A stretch of 50,082 nucleotides of DNA from an uncultured Gammaproteobacteria bacterium. Lineage in GTDB: Bacteria; Patescibacteriota; Microgenomatia; Curtissbacterales; GWA2-41-24. Positions 19,821 to 30,000 of the stretch are shown here, one piece after another. The stretch covers positions 1 to 50,082 of the forward strand of contig CAZBKB010000007.1 in NCBI GenBank assembly GCA_964492425.1. Direction: 5' to 3'. Every line of letters begins with the position of its first letter. Position 1 is the first letter of the stretch. Position numbers and translations under genes: made by a program. Under the pieces are notes generated by a model. It was not told where the DNA came from. It worked only from the letters and a program-made list of their open reading frames with translations, and searched no databases.

Positions 19821-22800
19821 TCAATTCTTCCCGGATTTATTAACAAAGTTTATAAGTCGATCACGGACAAACACAACATTGTAACCTGACCCGTCCTTGA
19901 TATACTTTGATACATTCTGCAAATCTAACGCCAACTTATGTGCGGCTTCCTGGCTTATCCCCCTTTCCGTCTCAATTTTTCCCCTCAATTTGCCGTTGAC
20001 CTGCACAACCAAGGTGATCTTATCCCCGGCTGCCAGTTTTTCATCAAACTCCGGCCATTTCTCGAGATGAATAGACCTGAATTCTTTGTTTACTATTAAT
20101 CTCTGCCACAATTCCTCTGTCATATATGGGGCAAACGGCGCCAAAAGCAGGAGCAAAACCTTTACTTCGTCAATCGTTAATTGTTCATTGTTTATTGTTT
20201 TGTTCTGACTTATGACTTCTGGCTTTTCACTTTTTACCTCAACTTTCTCCTCAAGAAAATTGACCCACTCCATCAGTGCCGAAATCGCCGTGTTATAACT
20301 TAAGTCTCCTATATCCCCGGTGACTTTTTTAATAGTCTTGTGCAACATAAATAGAGCCTCCGGCTCCAATTTTAAATTTTCAACCCGCATATCATGGGTG
20401 ACACCGGCGGAGGGGATCCCACTGAGAGCCCGCAAGCTAAGACGCAGCTTCTTATATTGCTCAGAACTTTTTCCAGCTGAGGACGCCGGATGGGACGAGC
20501 CGGCGACAGGACCCACCCCGGTCTGGACCAATCTCCAAACCCTTTTTAAAAATCTCTGCATGCCTTCCATTCCCTCATCTCTGAAGTCACCACCTTCACG
20601 GAAACGGCCGCAAAACATTAAATAAGTCCTCAGGGTATCCGCACCAAATTTGGCAATATAATTGTCCGGATTAACGACATTACCTTTCGACTTACTCATC
20701 TTTGCCCCGTTATGAATCAAAAGCCCGTGCGCTCTAAATTTTGGGAACGGTTCGTCAAAATGCACAAGCCCCAGATCAAAAAAAGCTTTCGTGATAAATC
20801 TGCTGTAGAGAAGATGCAAAACTGAGTGCTCCGCTCCACCAACATACATATCAACCGGCAGCCATTTCTTCGTGATCTCAGTATCCCAAGGCACCTCATT
20901 TCGGGTGGCAGCAGTGGAAGGGCTCCCGACAGCGCGCACCCCGCCTTTTCCCGATTTTGATTTTACATTCGATTTTGTCTGACTTAAAAAAGGCTGGGGA
21001 GCACTGGCAGCCTCACCGTGAACGGCCTCACCCTGAACGGGAGGGAAACTGCTGACAGAACCCGTACCTTTTACACTCGGGTATCTCAAAAAGTACCATG
21101 CGCTGTCCAAAAATGTATCCGAAACATCCACTTCCCTTTTCGCCTGCGCACCGCATCCAGGACAATTCGTCCTGACGAAGGAAGGATCCTGCGAAAGAGG
21201 TGAAACACCGGTTCCTGTGGGCTTAAAGTTTTTGATATAAGGCAACTCTACCGGCAAATCTTCTTCGGGCACCGGATACCAGCCAAAATGATCCCAATCC
21301 AATCTAACTAAGCCCCTGGTGGCAGCAGTGGAAGGGCTCCCGACAGCGCGCACCCCGCCTTTTCCCGATTTTGATTTTACATTCGATTTTGTCTGACTTA
21401 AAAAAGGCTGGGGAGCACTGGCAGCCTCACCGTGAACGGCCTCACCCTGAACGGGAGGGAAACTGCTGACAGGACCCGAAATCGTAAACCAGGACTTCCC
21501 CTCCTTTGCGCACTTTTCGCAAAAAATCATCGGTATCGGCGGACCCCAGTACCTTTGCCTGGAAATTATCCAGTCTCTCAGATGCCAATTGACTGCCCGC
21601 CTTGCCTTTCCGGCATTTTCCAAATCGTCAGTTATCTTTTGGACTGCAATCTTATACTCCAGTCCGGAATAACTTCCGCTATTCACAAGCACCCCATAGT
21701 CAGTATAAGCTCTCCGCGCAATGTCATCCCCGGCTTGTTCCGTCCCGATAACTTGACGAATTTCCAAGTTATATTTTTTTGCAAACTCAAAGTCACGCTG
21801 GTCATGAGCAGGTACTCCCATCACTGCACCAGTTCCATAACCTGTCAAAATATAATCCGCAATATAAACTGGGACTTTTTCATTATTTGCCGGATTCACC
21901 GCATAAAATCCGGTAAACACCCCGTTTTTCTCCTCTTGCATTAGTCTTTTGGCGTTAGTCGTTAGCCGTTGCTTACTTTGGTCTATAAATTCACGGATAG
22001 AGCGCTGCTGCTTACCTTTCGCTTGTTTCAAAATTGTTGTCACTAAATCATGATCGGTTGCTAAAGCCAAAAAAGTAACGCCAAACAATGTATCCACTCT
22101 TGTCGTAAATATTCGTACTGTATATGACTTATCCATATCAATCGAGAACAACACCTCTACACCTTCGCTTTTCCCGATCCAATTTTTTTGTGCAACCTTA
22201 ACTTTTTCGCTCCAATCTATCTTATCCAAACCTTCCAGTAGCCTTTGTGCATAGTCGGTAATCTTAAAGTACCACTGGGCAAGCCTCTTTCTCTCAACCC
22301 TCGCACCACACCTCTCACACGTAGCTACTGTTAACTGTTGACCGCTGACTGTTGACCGTTGACCAGTCACCTGCTCATCCGCAAGCACGGTTAAACAGGA
22401 CGGACACCAGTTGACCTCACCCCAACTTCGATATGCTAGGCCAGCACGAAACAGTTGTATAAAAATCCATTGCGTCCATTTGTAGTAAAGAGGATCGTAA
22501 GTCTCAAGTTTACAGCTCCAGTCAAAACCGTTGCCAACCAAGCGAAGCTGTCTGTAAAAATTAATTTGTGTTTCTTTTGAAAGTTCTACCGGGTGTTTGC
22601 CAATTTTCATAGCATAATTTTCACTGTGGATTCCAAAGCCATCCAAACCAATTGGTTCAAAAACATCATTTCCCTGCATCCTTTTAAATCTTCCATAAAC
22701 ATCACTGCCGCAAAAAGCGTACATATTTCCGACATGTAAACCCTCGGCAGACGGGTAAGGAAACATCATCAGGTTGTAAAAAGGTTTTCTCGCCGACCCC

Positions 22801-22892
22801 AAATCAGGTTCGTAAACCCCATTCTTATACCAACGGTGATTCCATTTAGCCTCAATCTCTAAATGATTATAGTCGTTTTGTGTACCTTGCAT
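19821..22892 (-). CDS. leuS: Leucine--tRNA ligase with several in-frame insertions
   Basis: MFPYPSAEGLHVGN (HIGH), GYGTGAVMGVPAHDQRD editing domain, DWIISRQRYWG, KMSKS, VVQVNGKLR. Confidence 0.97.
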   Translation of the reverse strand: MQGTQNDYNHLEIEAKWNHRWYKNGVYEPDLGSARKPFYNLMMFPYPSAEGLHVGNMYAFCGSDVYGRFKRMQGNDVFEPIGLDGFGIHSENYAMKIGKHPVELSKETQINFYRQLRLVGNGFDWSCKLETYDPLYYKWTQWIFIQLFRAGLAYRSWGEVNWCPSCLTVLADEQVTGQRSTVSGQQLTVATCERCGARVERKRLAQWYFKITDYAQRLLEGLDKIDWSEKVKVAQKNWIGKSEGVEVLFSIDMDKSYTVRIFTTRVDTLFGVTFLALATDHDLVTTILKQAKGKQQRSIREFIDQSKQRLTTNAKRLMQEEKNGVFTGFYAVNPANNEKVPVYIADYILTGYGTGAVMGVPAHDQRDFEFAKKYNLEIRQVIGTEQAGDDIARRAYTDYGVLVNSGSYSGLEYKIAVQKITDDLENAGKARRAVNWHLRDWIISRQRYWGPPIPMIFCEKCAKEGKSWFTISGPVSSFPPVQGEAVHGEAASAPQPFLSQTKSNVKSKSGKGGVRAVGSPSTAATRGLVRLDWDHFGWYPVPEEDLPVELPYIKNFKPTGTGVSPLSQDPSFVRTNCPGCGAQAKREVDVSDTFLDSAWYFLRYPSVKGTGSVSSFPPVQGEAVHGEAASAPQPFLSQTKSNVKSKSGKGGVRAVGSPSTAATRNEVPWDTEITKKWLPVDMYVGGAEHSVLHLLYSRFITKAFFDLGLVHFDEPFPKFRAHGLLIHNGAKMSKSKGNVVNPDNYIAKFGADTLRTYLMFCGRFREGGDFRDEGMEGMQRFLKRVWRLVQTGVGPVAGSSHPASSAGKSSEQYKKLRLSLRALSGIPSAGVTHDMRVENLKLEPEALFMLHKTIKKVTGDIGDLSYNTAISALMEWVNFLEEKVEVKSEKPEVISQNKTINNEQLTIDEVKVLLLLLAPFAPYMTEELWQRLIVNKEFRSIHLEKWPEFDEKLAAGDKITLVVQVNGKLRGKIETERGISQEAAHKLALDLQNVSKYIKDGSGYNVVFVRDRLINFVNKSGKN
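20396..20514 (-). repeat. Structured in-frame insertion in leuS, divergent family member
   Basis: Ends GGGTCCTGTC...GTCACCC with stems gccggc/gccggt and tcccat/gtggga; same layout as the two longer copies. Confidence 0.65.
20903..21064 (-). repeat. ~160-bp structured in-frame insertion in leuS, copy A
   Basis: 155 bp (20904-21058) identical to 21318-21472; terminal stems cagcagt/actgctg and ctcccg/cgggag. Confidence 0.92.
21317..21478 (-). repeat. ~160-bp structured in-frame insertion in leuS, copy B
   Basis: Encodes the same peptide, VSSFPPVQGEAVHGEAASAPQPFLSQTKSNVKSKSGKGGVRAVGSPSTAATR. Confidence 0.92.
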
Positions 22893-23361
22893 TTGTCTCT
22901 AATTGTCAATTGTCAACCGCGAATTGTCAATTGCTGATATATAATAGTATGTATTTGATATAGATTGAGTAAATATTATACACTCGTGAAAATCTTAGGC
23001 AGGCAACCGGATCAAAATCAGCGAGCACCGCAGGCTTCGAGGAGACCCATAAAAAATTTTCCCGCAGAAAGAGAAAGACTAAATTCCCAAATAAATAGCT
23101 TATAGCAAATGCCTCCGATACCAGGGTAAAAATATACTAAAAGACTACTGCAAAAAGCTAATGAAGACGCAAAAATTGTTAGCACCAAAACCGCATAAAC
23201 GCTAAGTTAAATTATCCCGTGGCCGTTTCCCTTTTTTTACTAATTTCATTTCCACGCCTTTGTACATAACCGATATATTTTAAGTGGCCTTGGTAACTAA
23301 ATTTCCGCAAATCAAAAAACCCTGCTTATCGCAAAAAAGTTTAACTCACATGCACTTTTTG

Positions 23362-23432
23362 TGGACTCACCGAGAATCGAACTCGGAACTCAGCAATGCG
23401 AATGCTACGGTATACCATTTACCTATGAGCCC
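23362..23432 (-). tRNA. tRNA-Ala(CGC)
   Basis: GGGCTCA...TGAGTCCA acceptor with G3:U70; anticodon arm tagca-ttCGCat-tgctg; T-loop GTTCGATT; CCA not encoded. Confidence 0.9.
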
Positions 23433-23522
23433 TTCACTTCGTTCAGGGTAAACTTCTCATTCGCAAGACGCCTTTCTTTTAACAATAAGTTGCCCTGGGC
23501 CATTGCTTGCAAGGCGAATGGG

Positions 23523-23596
23523 TGGACCTGATGGGACTTGAACCCACAACCTCTACCATGCCATGGCAGCGCTCTGGCCAATTGAGCTACAGGCCC
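23523..23596 (-). tRNA. tRNA-Ala(GGC)
   Basis: GGGCCTG TAGCTCAATTGG..., G3:U70; anticodon arm ctgcc-atGGCat-ggtag; GTTCAAGT; CCA not encoded. Confidence 0.93.
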
Positions 23597-23899
23597 AAAA
23601 CTTGATGTAAATTCTCTCGTTTTACAGCCTTATTGTCAATGGTGTACACATCATCTTGCGCAAAATAATCAAACTCAAACCGAACAGCACAAAACATGCA
23701 AGTTTTCAGCAAAATCAAGTAATTCCCGAAAGCTAAAATATTACGTTTAGGCATGCTAGGCAGCCTAAAATTCATTGTCAAATCGCTAGCACTCAAAGGC
23801 AATAATTGATAATTTTATATGTAAACTTTTCCAGCTAATCAACACATTTTATATTTTTCATATGCCTAAATCTAACCTAAAGATATCAAAAATAACCAC

Positions 23900-23927
23900 T
23901 TGACATCAACCGTATTATATATATAAA
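23900..23927 (+). promoter_or_regulatory. Probable sigma70 promoter of the giant surface protein gene
   Basis: TTGACA at 23900-23905 and TATAAA 16 bp downstream. Confidence 0.55.
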
Positions 23928-24012
23928 TAGAAGTAGAGGTGTTTCCGCCAGCGGGAGATGGCGGGAGAAAATTTTCGGGGAATCGACCTAGGGCATCAGC
24001 CAAAAAGCCTGC

Positions 24013-27000
24013 ATGCCTTTTTTCAAAAAAAGCCGATTAAATAAATCCAGCACTAACGCTTTATCGACTTCAATTTCTTTTACTCCCCAAAATTTTGACA
24101 AAGTGGACCCCGACACACTTCTGTCAACAAGCGAGATAATCTCCCGCGCGCAGAAAGGAGGTGCAGATTTTGGTCCAGGCAATCCCCTGGAACGAATCCG
24201 TTATTTCATAAAACTGGGACTTCTCCCTTATGCAACCCGAAAACTACCCAACTACCCAACTCCCCAACTACCCAACCATCCGGTGGGCCATCTCCCGGCA
24301 TGGACAGTAGCAAGATTAATCGAAATAGGGCAACTTAACGCAAAAGGTTTAACCTTTCCGCAAATAGCAGAAAAATTCAAAACAGGCCCTCCCCCCAACC
24401 AATCACCGCTCTTGTCAAACAACACCCCAGCCAATCCTATAACTACAACAAGTCCGCAAGCTGCAAGTCCGCATATAGCAGAAACATCTCATGTAGTCGT
24501 CCAGATAGCCTCCCAACAGACTGAAAAACAGCTTGATAAGAAGCTGGTCAGGCACGAAGAAAGCCTTAAAAAGTTCATAGAATCAAAGTTTAAAGAGCAG
24601 GCCCAGGTAACTGCGCAAATAACAGGACAAAAAGTAGGTATCACTCAAAATAAAACATTGGCTATTCCAACCAGTGCTGTTATTGTCGTCCTAACATTTT
24701 CACTATTAACAGGCTCAGTTTTCATAGCGTCTCAAAAATTAGGTTCACCTTTCTTATCCCAGGATCAAAAAAAGCGGGACGAAACAAAAACCGGTATAGA
24801 AAAATCCGCCCTTGTTTTGGCAGCCACCAGCGACCGGCACCAACTCTATGTAGATGCCAACATGGAAGTTGCCGGCACATCGCTTTTTGAAGAAAACATA
24901 ACTGCCCCAAACGTTGTTTACACTGTTTCTGCTGGAACAGGTATTGCCGTAACCGGTGACCAAAATCCCGTCGTTAGTCTGGATTCGACCGCTGTCATAA
25001 CCAGCGTAAACGATCTGACGGGAGCCGTAACTCTAAAAGCCTCCGGCTCAGCTTCAATCGCCCAATCAGGATCAACAATCACTATTTCGTCTTCTTCAGC
25101 ATCAGAAGCCGATACACTGTCCTCGGTTACGGGAAGGGGCGCATCTACATCAACCGCCCTTACTTTAAACGGGACAGTCACTTTTGGAGCAAATGCGACA
25201 GTAGGCTCCGCCACTGCAACAACAGCCTCCGGCACAGGCGACTTATTTGTAAGTGACGATCTGGAATTCGACGGCCGCCTTATTGCCGGAACAAGCGCCG
25301 GAACCAGTGGCGATTGTCTTGTCTCGGCCGGCGCATCCACAGCCCCGGCATGGGGTACATGCTCCGGCAGCTTTTCCTTTACACTGACAGGTTCTGACTC
25401 AGGCACCAATCAGACCATTTCAAATGGCGACACCTTAACTATTGCCGCAGGCACGGGAATCGACACCACTCCTTCCGCAGGCGATATTCTCACCGTTACC
25501 TTTAACAGTACAGAGATTGCAGCAACCACTTGGGGATCCGGTTCATCCTTTGCCTGGACTTTCAACAGTGGTACGACTGACCCGGTTCTAACCTTTGGTG
25601 ACAACACTCTAACTATTGGTTCGGCAGCCACTGTAACCGCAACTGACATTACTGCCTTCAATTGCACCGACTGCCTCGACTTTGACGACATTGCCGATTC
25701 CCCAACTCTGGACGCTACTACCGATATTAATCTTTCAACTCTTGACCTTTATGTAGATTTAACCTCAAGTGGTGTTTTCTCAATTAGAGATGTCTCCACT
25801 GCCTTCTGGACCTTTGACGATGACTCAACTGTCGACATTGTTTTCCCGGCAGCCGGCACCATCGGCATCGATGCCTCGACCACTGCCAACACCATCACCT
25901 CAGCAGGTGTCCTGGACCTAAACGTCACCTCGGCAACTTCTGACAACCGTGGAATTGACCTAGCCTACACAGCAAATCAGACTTCCGGAACCGGTTATGG
26001 GATTTATGGTGCCCTTACCCACAGTAACGCCAGCGGCACAAGCACAGCTTACGGTCAATATCTAACCATCACCGATGCAACAGCCCTTGCCAACACCAAC
26101 TTTGGTGTTGCCTCAAACATCACCCTAACCGGCAATGCAGCAAAAACCGGCTATACTTTCTACGGCAACATCTCCTCATCCTCCACCACTGCCGATTCCC
26201 TCTATGGCGGTTATTTCACGACCTCAGCAACAGGAAATGCTGCAAGAACAACAAACTATGGATCCATCTCCTACGGCACCACATCTTCAACTACCGGCGA
26301 TACTGTTTACGGTGCATACAATGCCACAGTCTCGACTGGTGCAATCAACGGGACAACCAGAACTCTTGTGGGCACCTACGGAATATCAACCGCAACAGGG
26401 GCAACAAATAACACATCGACTATCTCCAACGTTTACGGAGCAATTTTCAGTGCTGTTGGCGAAAACGCTGGTGCCAGTATGACCGGCAACACCTACGGAC
26501 TTTTTGTAAACGCAAGCACTGGAGACAACGTCTACGGTCTGTATTTTGGATCAACCAACGTTACAACCGACATCGTACTACAAAATGGTGAAACGATAGA
26601 CAACGACAGCAATGATACTGTTAACATAGGCACCACAACACTCTTGTTAACCGGAGGAACAACACTACGTTCAAGTCAAACATCTGTCGACCTTTTTAAC
26701 ACAACCACAACAACACTAAATATCGCAGGAGCCGCAACAACGGTCAACCTTGGAAATGGTTCATCTGCCGCAACAATTGGAATCGGTACAGGAAACGGCG
26801 GTAATACCCTAAACATCGCAACCGGCACAGGCCAGGACACCATAAACATTGGCACAGGGGCAACCAATGCTGACGTCATAAATATTGGCACAGGAAGCAT
26901 AAGTCAAACAACCAACCCTATACAATCAGTTAACCCGACTTTAGTAGAAGCTGCTGGTAGCCAAACATTAGGACTCAGATTTAAACCCAAAGTAAACGGC

Positions 27001-30000
27001 CGAATTACCCAGTTGGGCATGAAGTGCGATCAAACAAGTACTTATACTGTTAGACTTTGGAGGGCTAGCGATCAAACTTCACTCGGATCTGTAAGTGTTA
27101 CAAACGACGGCACCTGGAAATATACAAGCCTATCAACACCAATAGATGTGCAAGCAGGCGTTTTATATACTGTAACCTCGTTTAATGCCAGCAGTTCGTG
27201 CACAGAAAATCCTTTCTTCCCCAGTACAGACCCAGGATCTGCCGGAAATATCATATTCGACGCTTGGTTGCAAAGCAACCTAGGCCTCCCAGAAACATAC
27301 CCGACTATCGCAGGAGTCAGTTTTGACGGTGGCGTAGACATCACATTTGTGGCCACCTCTTCACAAACAAACTTAGCTTCAACAACCTGGACACTCTCAG
27401 CCGAGGGCAACTTAAGAATAGACGCAACAACAGCAGCAAACACAACAACCGACGGAGTTATCGATATTGATAACACCACATCTACAACCCAAAACACATC
27501 CCTAAAAGTTGATACAACCATAACGAGCAGCACCGGACATACTAACTATGGAATTTATGCAAATACCTACTCCTCTACAGCAGTAACTACTTCCGGCCAA
27601 ACAATTATAGAATATGGCGCTTATATAAATTCAAGTAGAGTAGCGGCTGACACTCAATCTACTGTTACGTTTGGACGAGTCTATGGGGTATACTCGCTCG
27701 CAAGTTACACCACCGCTACAACAGGAAGAAGATTAGCTTTTGGCGGTGTCTTTAGCGCCACATCAGACACGTTGGCTACTTTAAATGAAACCTACGGTAT
27801 ATTTATTAACGCATCTCAAGGTGACAATAACTATGGTTTGTATATTGCAGCTACCTCGAGCAACGCATCGGCAGATAATCTGTATGGAGCCTATTCCGCA
27901 ACTAGCGCCACAGGAAACGCTGCACATACCGGCAATTATGGCTCCGTCTCCTACGGTTCGACAACCTCCACCACCGCCGATAACGTCTACGCAATTTATG
28001 CCGCAACCTCATCATCCGGAGCTGTCACCACAGGCACCAAACAAAACTACGGCATTTACAGCATTTCCACCTCAACCAATACCAATGGCGGTAGTTCCAA
28101 TATATATGGCGGAATCTTCAACGCAGTCGGCGAAAATGCCGGCTCTGGAACTGGAACCGCCTATGGTATTTACGTAACAGCTTCCGGGGGCGATACCACA
28201 AACTACGCACTATATGTTACAGGCACAAACTCCGACACCGCTTATTTCAACGGCGTCGACACATGGGTAAATATGAACGGCACAAATACAACCAATGTAT
28301 TGTGTGCTTCCACAGATTACGACTCCGGAACAGACGCCGAGGTGCAAATTGTACCGTGTACAACAGACGCCGTCGATTATGCCGAGTTTTTCCCGACAGC
28401 CAGCGATGTTGATTACGGTCATGTAGTTGTAGTTGGAACAAAGGTTGTTAATCCTGTGCCGGGCGCCAACCGTCCATTGCCCGATACAGAACTTGTTAAA
28501 TCAACAGCCCCTTATCAAAACAATGTAATTGGCGTCGCATCTAACAATTACAGCGAGCTCAATACAACCGGAGAACACAGGTTTGCCGACGAAAACCACC
28601 CGCTTCCTATCGCACTTAGCGGAAGAGTGCCGGTAAAAGTCATAGATGAGGGTGGCCCGATTGCGCCGGGAGACCTGTTAACAACTTCATCAACCCCCGG
28701 CTACGCCATGAGGGCTGACCCCAAAAAAGGTACCACCTTTGCAAAAGCAATCGCCTCATTTGACGGTCCGGGTACAGGAGAAATACTGGCCTTCATCCAA
28801 CTCGACAACAGGCCGGACATTAGAACCCAATATGCCGACCTAAATCTCAACGCCCAAAGTTTCTCCACTACCTCCGGTGCGACCCAAATCGACGCTTTGG
28901 GCAACATCGCAACAGCCGGTAATATTATTTCTCAAGGCACACTTGAGGCAGCGGGTGGCTTATTCACAGTCGATACGCTAGGCAATATCACCGCCCAAAG
29001 CCTCACCATCGACGGTAATGCCAGTATTTCGGGGACCCTCTCGGCAAACTCAGTGATTGCAGGCAACATAAGTGCGCCACCAGGAAGTGATCTAAATATA
29101 TCATTAGGTGATAATATAGGATCAAACAGTCTCAAAATCCTAGACGTCATTGGTAATGTACTTGTCAAGATCGACTCCCAAGGAAACGTTAACCTAAACG
29201 GTGACGGAGTCGCCCTGAGCTTGTCGAAAGGCTACATCTGCGTCAACGACAGCGGAACCTGCAACATCCAAAATCCCCAAAACGGCACAATCTACGCAGA
29301 CGCCTTTGTCACTAACTCTACAGCCGACCTGGCAGAAAACTTTGCAACCACTGATAACACAATTGAGGCTGGAGATCTTGTCTCCGTGGATTCAGTGAAC
29401 GCTGAAAATGTCATTAAATCAAAAACAGCTTACGATTCTACTCTACTTGGCGTGATATCCACAGCACCCGGTATTTCCCTGAATACTTCAGTGGTTGCAG
29501 GCAAACCGCTGGCGTTGGCCGGCCGTGTTCCGGTTAAAGTTAACAGTGAAAACGGGCCAATCAAAGCCGGCGACCCCATCACCTCCTCCTCCACCCCCGG
29601 TATCGGCATGCGCGCAACTCAAGCAGGCCGTGTTATTGGTATCGCGCTCGAATCCGCAGGATTCGAGAAATCCGAAGCACTAAATTCGAATTCCGAAACA
29701 AATTCTGATGTCCAAAATTCGCAATGTAACAATGTAGCAATCTCGCAATGTAACAATGTCACGACTATCATCGTTTTTGTCAATCCTTCCTGGTACTATG
29801 GCGACGAAAATGCCCTTGCCGCTGCAAACGAATCACTTACCGGCAACACCAATTCTACCGACTTACCGACTTACCGACTTACCGACTCCACTAAATCTGA
29901 CGGCACCTTGGCAAGCAGTAGTCAGTCGACGGTAGACAGTAGACAACTAAGCGAGGACGAAATCCGAAGCTTAGTAGCAGACGAAGTCTCCCGCCAAGTT

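Noticed and set aside
20396-21478. Inteins or group I/II introns in leuS
   Set aside because: The inserts are only 40-54 codons, lack Cys/Ser...His-Asn intein ends, and are too short for group I/II cores.
23018-23210. Hydrophobic open frame on the minus strand between the tRNAs and leuS
   Set aside because: An in-frame stop lies immediately upstream and there is no convincing start or RBS.
23587-23802. 71-aa ORF upstream of the tRNAs
   Set aside because: Overlaps the tRNA-Ala(GGC) 5' end and its TTGACA promoter; TTG start with no support.
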